From NCBI GenBank assembly GCA_018897435.1, contig JAHIKI010000049.1, forward strand, positions 1 through 60,036: DNA of 60,036 bases, written 5' to 3'. The position numbers and the translations under genes were made by a program. Shown here in pieces: positions 26,265-34,960 of this stretch. Numbering within the stretch: the stretch's first letter is position 1; the number at the start of each line of letters is the position of its first letter. The DNA comes from Acidobacteriota bacterium. GTDB lineage: Bacteria; Acidobacteriota; Aminicenantia; UBA2199. The notes beneath the pieces are model-generated. The model saw only the letters and a program-made list of their open reading frames with translations. It was not told where the DNA came from and ran no database searches.

Positions 26265-27602
26265 ATGAAGAAAATACTGATTGTTGACGACGAAAAGAAC
26301 ATCCAGGTTTCGCTGGCCACAGTGCTCGAAGATGAAGGTTACCAGGTCTATTTCGCCAAGGATGGAAAAGAAGGGATCGAAAAATTCAAGAACATCAAGC
26401 CCGACGCGATCTTTCTGGATATCTGGATGCCCGGCATGGATGGTCTGGAGGTCATCAACCGCATCCTGGCTATCGATCCGCTGCAGATCATCATCATGAT
26501 CTCCGGGCATGGTTCGGTGTCGGCGGCGGTTTCGGCCCTGAAGGCCGGCGCCTACGATTTTCTGGAAAAGCCGCTCAGTTTGGACAAGGTGATCTTCGTG
26601 CTTAAGCGCGGCCTGGAATTCCGTCAGGTCCGCGACGAGAACATCAAGCTGAAGACCATACTCGACCAGGAAGACGAATTGGCCGGCAACGATGAAAAAA
26701 AGAGGCTGCTGCGCGAAAGCACGGCCACCCTTGATTTTGAAGCCGCCGACCCGCAGTATCTCCGTAAGCAGCGCACCGTGGCCCTGAGCAATATCATCTA
26801 CGGCATCGGCCTGCATTCGGGCGAGAAAACCGGTATGGTCATCAAGCCTCTGCCGCCGAACAAGGGCATCCGTTTTGAAAACATATCCAAAAAAAACTAC
26901 ATTCCTGCCCGTATCGAATACCTCAATACTACCGGCTACGCTACTTCGATCAAGAAAGACGATCTGGAAGCCCGGACCATCGAACATCTCCTGGCCGTGC
27001 TGCACGCTTTCGGCATCACCAACCTGGCCGTCAAGATCAACAAGGAAGTCCCCATTGATGACGGTTCGGCCATCAATTTCTGCGATTTCATCAAGGAGTG
27101 CGGCATTGTCGACCAGGCCGAAGAAATTCCCGAGATCGTCATTACCCGGCCCCTGCTCATTGGCGAGGAGACCCACGACGGGAAATTCATCAAGATCGAG
27201 CCGGCCGATGTCTTTTCGGTCCGTTATACCTGCATTTACCCCGAACCTCTGGGCCGCCAGAGTTATGAATTCGTCATGCATTCGAGCGAAGATTTTCAGC
27301 GCGAGATCGCCCCGGCCCGCACCTACGGTTTCGTGGACGATTTCAACAAGCTCAGCGACATGGGGCTGGCTGAAGGCGGCCGCATGAACAATTTTATACT
27401 GATCGACAGGGACAGGATCATCAACACCACCCTGCGTTTCCCCGAAGAATTGGCCCGCCACAAGATCCTGGACATCATCGGTGATTTTTACATGTTGGGC
27501 CGGCCGATCCGCGGCAAGATCACCGCCCAGAAAACCGGACATACCGACAACGCCAAGATGGTCAACATGGTCAAGGACACGTTCCTGAAGACCAAGTCCT
27601 AA
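26265..27602 (+). CDS. lpxC: response-regulator receiver domain fused to UDP-3-O-acyl-GlcNAc deacetylase (LpxC)
   Basis: The N-terminal REC has VDDE, IFLDIWMPGMDG, MISGH and EKP. The C-terminal 280 aa are LpxC with GLHSGEK, TIEHLLA (E78/H79), HKILDIIGD (H238/D242/D246) and KTGHTDN (H265). Confidence 0.85.
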   Translation: MKKILIVDDEKNIQVSLATVLEDEGYQVYFAKDGKEGIEKFKNIKPDAIFLDIWMPGMDGLEVINRILAIDPLQIIIMISGHGSVSAAVSALKAGAYDFLEKPLSLDKVIFVLKRGLEFRQVRDENIKLKTILDQEDELAGNDEKKRLLRESTATLDFEAADPQYLRKQRTVALSNIIYGIGLHSGEKTGMVIKPLPPNKGIRFENISKKNYIPARIEYLNTTGYATSIKKDDLEARTIEHLLAVLHAFGITNLAVKINKEVPIDDGSAINFCDFIKECGIVDQAEEIPEIVITRPLLIGEETHDGKFIKIEPADVFSVRYTCIYPEPLGRQSYEFVMHSSEDFQREIAPARTYGFVDDFNKLSDMGLAEGGRMNNFILIDRDRIINTTLRFPEELARHKILDIIGDFYMLGRPIRGKITAQKTGHTDNAKMVNMVKDTFLKTKS

Positions 27603-27933
27603 AGGCAAAAGTAAAAAGGCAAAAGTTAGGAAAAGAGGCACTTTTAAGAATTATTCAATTCCAATTGATTTGGTTTTTTAACCCCCTTTATTAAGGGGGG
27701 TGGCGCAGCCGGGGGGATCCGGATTTTGATGAAATATTTCTTTATGACGATATTTAGATCCCCCCTGTTTCCCCCCTTCGGTAAGGGGGGAGTGAAATGG
27801 GGAATGTATTGATTTTCTGTATAATATTCGCCGTAAGCCGTTCGCGGATTTCTATTCTTAAATTTTTACTTTTGCCTTTTGCCTTTGTCTTTCTCTTCCC
27901 CGTCACGCGTTACGTAGTTTTGTCACTTCCGAC
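27599..27933. repeat. heptad-periodic hairpin element E3 (AAAGGCA type) with a structured insert in its loop
   Basis: Left arm AAAGGCA AAAGTAA AAAGGCA AAAGTTA GGAAAAG starts on the lpxC stop codon. Right arm TTTTTACTTTTGCCTTTTGCCTTTGTCTTTCTC lies at about 27862-27896. The tail GTCACGCGTTACG..TTGTCAC lies in the nth 3' end. Confidence 0.8.
27680..27791. other. G6/C6-run stem-loop cluster inside the E3 loop
   Basis: Hairpin CCCCCTTTATTAAGGGGGG (27682-27700). A perfect 9-bp inverted repeat GGGGGGATC (27711-27719) / GATCCCCCC (27757-27765). Hairpin CCCCCCTTCGGTAAGGGGGG (27771-27790). Confidence 0.6.
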
Positions 27934-28589
27934 GAAGGGCATGTCTTTTTCAATAGGCATTCCGTGCATTTCGGATTCACCGGTCTGCATATGGTCTGCC
28001 CGAATCCCACCAGCGTCTGGTTGACCTGGGTCCAAAAGCGGCGGGGGAACCGTTCCATCAATTCCCTTTCCACGGCGGCAGCCGTGCGGCCGCCGGCCCA
28101 GTGCAGGCGGCGCGCGATGCGGAACACATGAGTATCCACGGCGATGGCCGGATGGGAAAAAGCCAAGGCCAGCACCAGGTTGGCCGACTTGCGGCCGATG
28201 CCCGGAAGCGCCAGCAGTTCCTCGAGAGTAGAAGGGAATTTCGCGTCCTGCTGCAGGGTCCTGCAGATCGCGAGGATGTTCCTGGCCTTGGTGCGGTAAA
28301 AGCCGACCGGGTAGATCAGGCGGCTCACCTGCGCGAGGGACAGCCGCACCATTATTTCCGGGGTGGCCGCTGCTTCAAATAGCCTGGCCGCGGCCTTTTC
28401 GGTTACCGGATCCTGGGTGCGCGAACTCAACAGCACTGAAATGAGTATCCTGAAAGGGGTGGCGCGGATGCTTTTTTCCATGGCAAAGACCGGCGGTGCC
28501 ATGGGCATGATGAATTTCTTGATGGCGTTCAGGGTGCGGACGGCGTGGATTTCAGCTGGGAACTTTTTGGCCGTTAAGGAAGATCTCAT
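27903..28589 (-). CDS. nth: endonuclease III (DNA glycosylase/AP lyase)
   Basis: HhH-GPD motif LPGIGRKSANLVL and a 4Fe-4S loop C-x6-C-x2-C-x5-C (CRPVNPKCTECLLKKTC). Start taken at MRSSLTAKK. Confidence 0.9.
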   Translation of the reverse strand: MRSSLTAKKFPAEIHAVRTLNAIKKFIMPMAPPVFAMEKSIRATPFRILISVLLSSRTQDPVTEKAAARLFEAAATPEIMVRLSLAQVSRLIYPVGFYRTKARNILAICRTLQQDAKFPSTLEELLALPGIGRKSANLVLALAFSHPAIAVDTHVFRIARRLHWAGGRTAAAVERELMERFPRRFWTQVNQTLVGFGQTICRPVNPKCTECLLKKTCPSSEVTKLRNA

Positions 28590-28676
28590 GGCTGATGTCG
28601 ACCGCGGGCGCGGAAAGCAAGGCCTTGCTGCCAGTCGATCTTTGCTTCTAGTTTCATCATAGTTCTCCTCGAATAA

Positions 28677-28806
28677 CTCGTGATGCGTGAATGAACTTTC
28701 AGGACTTAGTGATGCGTAATGAGAAAGTAAAAGAAACCTCAAAAATTTTCAAGATATTGCTGTTTCTCATCACTCATTACATATTACTCATCACGAGAGC
28801 TCGCTG
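28677..28806. repeat. heptad-periodic hairpin element E4 (GTGATGC/GTGATGA type)
   Basis: Left arm is CTCGTGATGCGTGAATG...TTAGTGATGCGTAATGAGAAAG. Right arm is TTTCTCATCACTCATTACATATTACTCATCACGAGAGCTCG. Confidence 0.8.
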
Positions 28807-28824
28807 CCTGCCTTTGAGCTCGGT

Positions 28825-29115
28825 CTAGTCCCACACCCCGCCCAGCTTGTTTAATTCCTCGCCGGTGTATTTCCGGAACAGGATCTCCCATTCGCGCGAA
28901 CCTTCGGGAATATTTTTTTTCTGGGAAATGATCTTTTCTCGGGCCCGGGTTTCGATGTCCTCGAACATTTTCAGTTCGTCCAATATGAAATGGTAGATTT
29001 TAAAGCGGATATTGCCCAGATCATCCGTATAATCTATGTCATCGGTGTTTTGGATGGAATCGACGATCAGCTTGGTCAGGAAATTCACCCGGTTTTTCGA
29101 CAGTTTCAGGCTCAT
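28825..29115 (-). CDS. DUF507 family protein
   Basis: 96 aa, acidic and helical. It is paired in tandem with a second DUF507-like ORF and overlaps it as ATGA. Confidence 0.65.
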   Translation of the reverse strand: MSLKLSKNRVNFLTKLIVDSIQNTDDIDYTDDLGNIRFKIYHFILDELKMFEDIETRAREKIISQKKNIPEGSREWEILFRKYTGEELNKLGGVWD

Positions 29116-29390
29116 AGGACTATGTTCTCCTGCTCGGCCAGCTTGCTTTTGATCAAGCGGAACATTTCATAGTAATCGATGTTGGAGTTGCGGATCTCGG
29201 TCAGCTTTTCTTTAAGGATATCCTTGACTTTTTCGTCAAGCAAATCTTCTTTTTCCAACTCCTTGGTGATGATATTTTGCACATCACAGACGGTTTTTTC
29301 CCGGCTTTCGACCATGAGCAGGTTTTCGCTGAGCAGTCCCTTGACAATTCGGAATGCCAAGTGCTCGATTTGCTGCTTATTTAATCTCAT
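29112..29390 (-). CDS. DUF507 family protein (paralog)
   Basis: 92 aa from MRLNKQQIEHLAFRIVKGL. Same size and composition class as the downstream gene. Confidence 0.65.
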   Translation of the reverse strand: MRLNKQQIEHLAFRIVKGLLSENLLMVESREKTVCDVQNIITKELEKEDLLDEKVKDILKEKLTEIRNSNIDYYEMFRLIKSKLAEQENIVL

Positions 29391-29552
29391 TGATAAATAA
29401 TATAACAAATTTTGTCATTTAAATCAACCCTTGTTTCAGGGCGAACACGGCGTTTCGGGAAAATTCACTCCGTGACTGCCGGGGTTTTCGCCTCCGCCAG
29501 GCGTTATCTGTGGCAAAAATTTGTTTTCAGCACAGTTTTTTTCTTAAAAATC

Positions 29553-29581
29553 TTGACAAGAAGGCAAAAATAAGATAAATT
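29553..29581 (+). promoter_or_regulatory. candidate sigma70 promoter for the rplM-rpsI operon
   Basis: TTGACA at about 29553-29558 and TAAATT 17 nt downstream. SD GAGG precedes the ATG at 29606. Confidence 0.4.
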
Positions 29582-29605
29582 ATAACCTTGCCAACGAGGT
29601 TGAAA

Positions 29606-30067
29606 ATGAAATTGAACAAAAGCAACATCACGTATTTGCCTGAAAAAAAAGGCATTGAAAAAAAGTGGTGGCTGATCGACGCCAGCGATCTTGTGCTTGG
29701 CCGTTTGGCCACCCAGGTTTCCCATATTTTGCGAGGCAAGGACCATGCGCATTACACTCCGTTTTTTGATTGCGGCGATTACGTCATTATCATCAACGCC
29801 AGAAAAGTGAAATTGACCGGGGGCAAGGAAGAGCAAAAGGTTTATTACCGGCATTCGGGATACCGCGGCGGCCTCAAAGAGATATCCTACCAGCGCATGC
29901 GGGCCACCCACCCGGAACGGATCATCATGAATGCGGTCAAAGGCATGCTGCCCAAAAACAAACTGAGCTACAAGCTGCTGACCAAATTAAAAGTATACGC
30001 GGACGCCGACCATGGCCATGCCGCCCAGAAACCTGAAATATTAAAAGTAACAGGAGGAAGAAGTTGA
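29606..30067 (+). CDS. rplM: 50S ribosomal protein L13
   Basis: KKWWLIDASDLVLGRLATQVSHILRGK and YYRHSGYRGGLK are L13 signatures. Confidence 0.9.
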   Translation: MKLNKSNITYLPEKKGIEKKWWLIDASDLVLGRLATQVSHILRGKDHAHYTPFFDCGDYVIIINARKVKLTGGKEEQKVYYRHSGYRGGLKEISYQRMRATHPERIIMNAVKGMLPKNKLSYKLLTKLKVYADADHGHAAQKPEILKVTGGRS

Positions 30068-30468
30068 GTATTGTGCAATATTACGGAACCGGAAGACGAA
30101 AAACCAGTATCGCCAGGGTCTACCTGCGCCCGGGCAACGGCAATTTTACCCTGACTGTCAACAAACGCAACCGTGTTTTTGAGGATTATTTCCCTTTGAA
30201 GATCCACAAGCTCACCATCTTCAAACCGTTGACTGTGACCAATACAGTGAGCAACTTTGATTTTTTTATGGATATTGAGGGCGGCAGTGTCTCGGCGCAG
30301 GCCGGGGCCATACGCCTGGGAATCGCCCGTGCCCTGTTGGAATTCAATTCGGAACTAAGGCCGGCCTTAAAGAAATCAGGATTATTGACCAGAGATGCTA
30401 GGGAAAAAGAGCGCCGGAAATACGGCCTGCTTAAAGCCAGAAAGGCTCCCCAGTATCACAAGCGCTAG
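30064..30468 (+). CDS. rpsI: 30S ribosomal protein S9
   Basis: GTGRRKTSIARVYLRPG at the start and C-terminal RRKYGLLKARKAPQYHKR. TTG start overlaps the rplM stop. Confidence 0.9.
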   Translation: MSIVQYYGTGRRKTSIARVYLRPGNGNFTLTVNKRNRVFEDYFPLKIHKLTIFKPLTVTNTVSNFDFFMDIEGGSVSAQAGAIRLGIARALLEFNSELRPALKKSGLLTRDAREKERRKYGLLKARKAPQYHKR

Positions 30469-30477
30469 GAGGCGGTT

Positions 30478-31278
30478 ATGGTTCAGATCAACATGAGAGA
30501 AATGCTTGAAGCCGGCGTCCATTTCGGCCACCAGGTCAGACGCTGGAACCCCAAGATGAAGCCTTATATTTTCGGTAAGAAGAACGGCATCTATATTATA
30601 GATCTGCAGACGTCGATCGAGATGTTCAAAGCTGCGCTGCAGTTCATATCTGACCAGGTTGTGGCCGGCAAGGACGCCCTGATCGTCGGCACCAAGAAGC
30701 AGGCGCAATCGATAATCGAGGAGATCGCCGAAGAGACAGGCATGCATTACGTGAACAAACGCTGGCTGGGCGGATTGCTGACCAATTTTTCCATGATCAA
30801 AAAAAGCATCGACCGCCTGTTGGAACTCGATGAAATGAAAAAAGACGGCCGCTGGGAAGTCAAATCCAAGAAAGAGCAGTCGCGGCTGGAAAAAGTGTAT
30901 AAAAAATTGTACCGCAGCCTGTGGGGCATCCGCAAAATGACCAGTTTGCCAGGCGTGGTTATCGTCATCGACTCCACTTTCGAGGACATAGCCATTAACG
31001 AGGCCAAGCGCATGAATATCTCTATCGTGGCCGTGGTCGATACCAACGCCAATCCTGAGGACGTGCACTTTCCGGTTCCGGGCAACGATGACGCCATCCG
31101 CTCGATCCGGCTCTTTATCGGCAAATTCGGTGAAGCGGTAATGGAAGGCCGCAACCGTAAATTGGAAGAAAGCGCCAACGCCCAGCAATTGGCAGCCGAG
31201 AAAGCGGCCGCCGACGCGGCAGCAGCCGCGGCTGCTGCCGAGTCAGCTGTCGCCGCCGAAGCAGAAAAGGAGAATTGA
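30478..31278 (+). CDS. rpsB: 30S ribosomal protein S2
   Basis: MLEAGVHFGHQVRRWNPKMKPYIFGKKNGIYIIDL. It has an Ala-rich C-terminal tail. Confidence 0.95.
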   Translation: MVQINMREMLEAGVHFGHQVRRWNPKMKPYIFGKKNGIYIIDLQTSIEMFKAALQFISDQVVAGKDALIVGTKKQAQSIIEEIAEETGMHYVNKRWLGGLLTNFSMIKKSIDRLLELDEMKKDGRWEVKSKKEQSRLEKVYKKLYRSLWGIRKMTSLPGVVIVIDSTFEDIAINEAKRMNISIVAVVDTNANPEDVHFPVPGNDDAIRSIRLFIGKFGEAVMEGRNRKLEESANAQQLAAEKAAADAAAAAAAAESAVAAEAEKEN

Positions 31279-31279
31279 C

Positions 31280-31879
31280 ATGGCCCTGGACATGGAATTA
31301 GTGAAAAAACTGCGTGAACAGACCGGAATCAGTATCCTGGAATGCAAGAAGGCCATCGAGGAAGCCAAGGGTGACCTGACCAAAGCCTCCGAGATCCTGC
31401 GCAAAAAGGGTTTCGAAAAAGCCAAAGCAAAATCCTCGCGAGTGACCAACCAGGGCGCCGTGGGTTCATACATCCATATGAAGGGCAAGATCGGTGTACT
31501 GGTCGAATTGGGCTGCGAAACCGATTTCGTGGCCAAGAATGAAGATTTTTTGCAGCTGATCAAGGATATCGCCATGCAGATTGCGGCCCTGAATCCCCGC
31601 TATATCTCTGAAAACGATATCCCGGCCGAGACCCTGGAAAAAGAAAAGGAAATCTACCACGAACAGTTGAAAAGCAGCGGCAAACCCGCCAATATCATCG
31701 AGAAGATCGTTGAGGGCAAGTTGAGCAAGTTTTACGCCGAAGCTTGCCTGTTGCACCAGAACTTTTTCAAAGACGACAAAATGACCATCGAAAAGCTTAT
31801 TGCCGAAAAAATACACAAAACAGGTGAAAACATCATAGTGAAAAGATTCGTCCGTTATCAGGTGGGCGAAGAAAGTTAA
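31280..31879 (+). CDS. tsf: translation elongation factor Ts (short form)
   Basis: UBA-like N-terminus [26 protein letters not shown]. 199 aa, directly after rpsB. Confidence 0.9.
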   Translation: MALDMELVKKLREQTGISILECKKAIEEAKGDLTKASEILRKKGFEKAKAKSSRVTNQGAVGSYIHMKGKIGVLVELGCETDFVAKNEDFLQLIKDIAMQIAALNPRYISENDIPAETLEKEKEIYHEQLKSSGKPANIIEKIVEGKLSKFYAEACLLHQNFFKDDKMTIEKLIAEKIHKTGENIIVKRFVRYQVGEES

Positions 31880-31880
31880 A

Positions 31881-32621
31881 ATGGCTGCCGCCAAGGCCAA
31901 GTACAAGCGGATTCTTTTAAAGCTGAGCGGTGAAGCCCTTCAGGGCGGAGATTCCTTCGGCATCAGCCATGATGTCATCAGTATTATCGCCGCCGAGATC
32001 AAGGAAATTCATGACCTGGGGGTGGAGATCGCCATCGTAACCGGCGGCGGAAATTTTTTCCGCGGCGGCAAAGCGGGCGAGTTGGGCATTGACCGTGCCT
32101 CCGCCGATTACATGGGCATGTTGGCCACCATGATCAACGGTGTCGCCCTGCAGAACGCCCTGGAAAAAAAAGGGGTCCATTGCCGCTTGATATCGGCCCT
32201 GGCCGTCCAGGAGATCGCTGAACCTTTTATTCCCCGCCGGGCCATCCGCCATTTGGAAAAAGGCCGGGTAGTGATATTTGCCGCCGGCACCGGCAACCCC
32301 TTCTTCACCACCGACACCGCTGCTGCCCTGCGCGCCATTGAGATCAAGGCCGATATCCTGCTCAAAGCCACCAAGGTTGAAGGTGTATTTTCCGCTGATC
32401 CTAAAAAAGTCAGGAACGCAACCCAGTTCCGCCATATTTCCTACTCCGAAGTTCTGGCCAAGGAACTGAAGGTAATGGACAGCACGGCCATCTCGCTGAG
32501 CAAAGACAACGGGCTGTGCATCAAGATCTTCAACATCAGCGGCCGGGGCAATATCAAGAAAGCCATTACCGGCTGCGATATCGGAACGCTGATCAATTTG
32601 AAAGGAGAAGGCGATGATTAA
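31881..32621 (+). CDS. pyrH: UMP kinase
   Basis: [23 protein letters not shown] and [17 protein letters not shown]. Confidence 0.95.
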   Translation: MAAAKAKYKRILLKLSGEALQGGDSFGISHDVISIIAAEIKEIHDLGVEIAIVTGGGNFFRGGKAGELGIDRASADYMGMLATMINGVALQNALEKKGVHCRLISALAVQEIAEPFIPRRAIRHLEKGRVVIFAAGTGNPFFTTDTAAALRAIEIKADILLKATKVEGVFSADPKKVRNATQFRHISYSEVLAKELKVMDSTAISLSKDNGLCIKIFNISGRGNIKKAITGCDIGTLINLKGEGDD

Positions 32622-33171
32622 AGAGATCCTGGACCAAGCCAGGGGCGATATGCGGAAAATGGAAGAGGATTTCAAGAAACAGTTGTCTAAATTCCGTACC
32701 GGACGGGCTTCGGTATCGATCCTGGACGGTATCCTGATCGATTATTACGGCGTGCCCACGCCGATCAACCAGCTGGCCACCCTGGGTGTCCCCGAGGCCA
32801 ACCTGATCATCATCCAGCCCTGGGACAGCAAGATCATCAATGATGTCGACAAGGCCATCCGGGCCGCCAACCTCAACATCAACCCCGTCTCCGACGGCAA
32901 GGTCATCAAACTGCCGATCCCGCCCCTGGACCAGCAGCGCCGCCTGGACATAATCAAGACCTTGAAAAAATACACCGAAGAGCGCAAGACCCATGTCCGC
33001 AACGTTCGCCGCGATTACCGCGACACGATCAAGGCCATGAAAGAGGAAAAAGAGATCAGCGAAGATGACGAAAAACGCGCTCATGACGAATTACAGAAAA
33101 TAATCGATGCCATCAACGAAAGGATCGACAGCATCGTAAAGGAAAAAGAAAAACACATCATGGAAGATTAG
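32614..33171 (+). CDS. frr: ribosome recycling factor
   Basis: 185 aa with [12 protein letters not shown] and [20 protein letters not shown]. Confidence 0.95.
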   Translation: MIKEILDQARGDMRKMEEDFKKQLSKFRTGRASVSILDGILIDYYGVPTPINQLATLGVPEANLIIIQPWDSKIINDVDKAIRAANLNINPVSDGKVIKLPIPPLDQQRRLDIIKTLKKYTEERKTHVRNVRRDYRDTIKAMKEEKEISEDDEKRAHDELQKIIDAINERIDSIVKEKEKHIMED

Positions 33172-33184
33172 GCATTCCTGGACT

Positions 33185-33520
33185 CGGTATAAGGTTTACG
33201 GTAGACGGTTTACGGTAAGAAAAGGCAAAGCACCAAGCTCCAAGCACCAAATAACAACTAAATTCCAAGCTCCAAATTCCAATGTCCTAAACAAAGAAGT
33301 GAATGGGTAGAAGGGTTAATGAGTTGAAGGGTTAAGAAAACCGAAATCGTTTGCTGTCATTGCCGTTGTCCCATCAACTCATCAACATTTGATTGCTCTC
33401 TTTGTTTTGGTCATTTGGATATTGGAATTTTGTGCTTGTTTTTGATTTGATGCTTGGGATATGGAATTTTTCTTTAGTTAACCGTCAAACGTACACCGTC
33501 AACCGTCTGCCGAGCTCGTT
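33185..33520. repeat. compound hairpin element E5: three heptad-periodic hairpins nested in one another
   Basis: Outer arms are GGTTTAC GGTAGAC GGTTTAC GG (33196-33218) and CCGTCAAACGTACACCGTCAACCGTC. Middle arms are CCAAGCT/CCAAATT type (33226-33296 and 33397-33468). Inner arms are GGGTAGA AGGGTTA ATGAGTT GAAGGGT (33306-33336) and CCCATCAACTCATCAAC. It ends with GAGCTCG. Confidence 0.8.
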
Positions 33521-33527
33521 TCTGCGC

Positions 33528-34403
33528 CTACGCCCCTGACTTGCGGCGGCGCAGGATAAAACTCACGCCGCTGCCGATGGCAAAGAAATCCATAACGATC
33601 AGCAGCAGGGCGGCCGGAAAGGGCAGGAATTTGAGCAGGGTGTAAATGGCGATGCCCATAACGATAAAAAGCGGGGCGCTGACTTTCAGTTTCATGGCCG
33701 CGGCGATCCTGCCGCCAACAAAATAAAAAATCACGGCGCGGCCAAAGATCAGCAGCAAAAAATAGGCGGCGATCAGCATGATCAGCAAAGGGATGCCGAT
33801 CAGCACCATGCTCATGAGCAGGAAGCTGAGCAGCAGCAGCGTGAAAGCCAACAACGTGACCAGGCCGCGCAGCAGATGGCGCAGCGGAGTTTCCCCCAGC
33901 ATGATGGCCGCCCGGCCGACCGCTGCGGGCAGGATCAGCAGCGTCAGCAGCGTCAGGATAAGCCAGAAAAATATTTTACTGATCTTGAAAAAGGTCAGCC
34001 CCCCCGATTCGGGCAGAAAAGGCAGCAGGGAACGGGCGATCTTTTTCAGGTCTTTTTGGGTGCGGACATGATACAACTGGCCGCCGATCTTACAGCGCTC
34101 CGCTTTTTCGAGGCGGCCGCCGATCACGATCAGGTCCAGGCCGATCACGGCCTTTTCGCCGATCGCCACCTGGGAAGCGATGCAGATGACATCGCCGCTG
34201 ACCTCTCCGTCCAGGATAAGTGATCCACCCACAAGGAAAATCGATTCGTCAACCTTACCATTGATGCGCAACGAGGTATTGAAGGCGTTGATGGCCGTAG
34301 TGCGGATTTCGCCCGCGGCCACCTTGATCTCTTTGCCGTCTGCGGCGGTCAATAGCAATCCGGCCGCAACCAGAAAGAAAAGCAGGAAATGGATTTTTTT
34401 CAT
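33528..34403 (-). CDS. membrane protein with periplasmic bactofilin-like (polymer-forming) beta-helix domain
   Basis: Signal peptide, a repetitive G-x-V/I beta-helix segment (GKVDESIFLVGGSLILDGEVSGDVICIA) and about 5 TM helices. It lies in an operon with the anti-sigma and ECF sigma genes. Confidence 0.6.
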   Translation of the reverse strand: MKKIHFLLFFLVAAGLLLTAADGKEIKVAAGEIRTTAINAFNTSLRINGKVDESIFLVGGSLILDGEVSGDVICIASQVAIGEKAVIGLDLIVIGGRLEKAERCKIGGQLYHVRTQKDLKKIARSLLPFLPESGGLTFFKISKIFFWLILTLLTLLILPAAVGRAAIMLGETPLRHLLRGLVTLLAFTLLLLSFLLMSMVLIGIPLLIMLIAAYFLLLIFGRAVIFYFVGGRIAAAMKLKVSAPLFIVMGIAIYTLLKFLPFPAALLLIVMDFFAIGSGVSFILRRRKSGA

Positions 34404-34960
34404 GATTTTTTAGCATGCACTTTTTTGCGCATGGAACCAATGAACAGGAATACCAGCAGGCCGGAGAAAACCAGGAGGGAGCCGGCGATAACGACTGTTG
34501 CCAAGGGGGCGGGGAGAAGCATGTTCAACAGAGCGTTGCCGGCTTTGAAGGCGGCCTGGGCCGCATTGTATACCGCGGAGATGGCCTTGATGATGTTGAC
34601 CAGCCAGCTCGAGGTGCCGTCGGCCGTAAGCCGCAGCGCCTGGATCAGGCTGCTGCTGGAGAAATCGAAATACACGTATATCCAGGTGATCAAAAAGACC
34701 AAACTGGCTGCGATGGCGGCGATGACGGATGTGTAGCGGGGTAGGGCGGGATAAAGATGCTGCAGGACATGGGGGATCATGTCGGCTGGAGGTTCACTGA
34801 ACATAGGCCGGGACAGCGATTGGTTCAGGTCCCGGTAACGGTCGGCCGCCAGCCGGCAGGCCGGGCAGACCAGCAGGTGGTCGCGGCTGCGCGACGCTTC
34901 GATGGCGTTCAGGTCGCCTTCGCCCAAAGCTATAATTTTTTCATCAGACAAGCATGCCAT
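34400..34960 (-). CDS. anti-sigma factor (zf-HC2 type), membrane anchored
   Basis: N-terminal H-x3-C-x2-C (HLLVCPACR), followed by TM segments. It overlaps the sigma gene. Confidence 0.7.
   Translation of the reverse strand: MACLSDEKIIALGEGDLNAIEASRSRDHLLVCPACRLAADRYRDLNQSLSRPMFSEPPADMIPHVLQHLYPALPRYTSVIAAIAASLVFLITWIYVYFDFSSSSLIQALRLTADGTSSWLVNIIKAISAVYNAAQAAFKAGNALLNMLLPAPLATVVIAGSLLVFSGLLVFLFIGSMRKKVHAKKS

Noticed and set aside
26244-27641. Long antisense ORFs opposite real genes (26244-27641, 47221-48759, 54690-55745, 51723-52883, 45135-46061, 35725-36699, 17999-18877, 7107-7955, 4357-5196, 36341-36955 and many shorter ones)
   Set aside because: These are shadow ORFs of GC-rich coding regions. 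They have Arg/Gly/Pro/Asp-rich composition and no recognisable domains, and each fully overlaps a gene with clear family signatures.
27797-28024. 75-aa plus-strand ORF in the lpxC-nth spacer
   Set aside because: It lies in the E3 loop and right arm, overlaps the nth 3' end antisense, and has low-complexity hydrophobic content.
28590-28742. 51-codon N-terminal extension of nth
   Set aside because: It runs into hairpin E4. Endonuclease III homology starts near MRSSLTAKK (28589).
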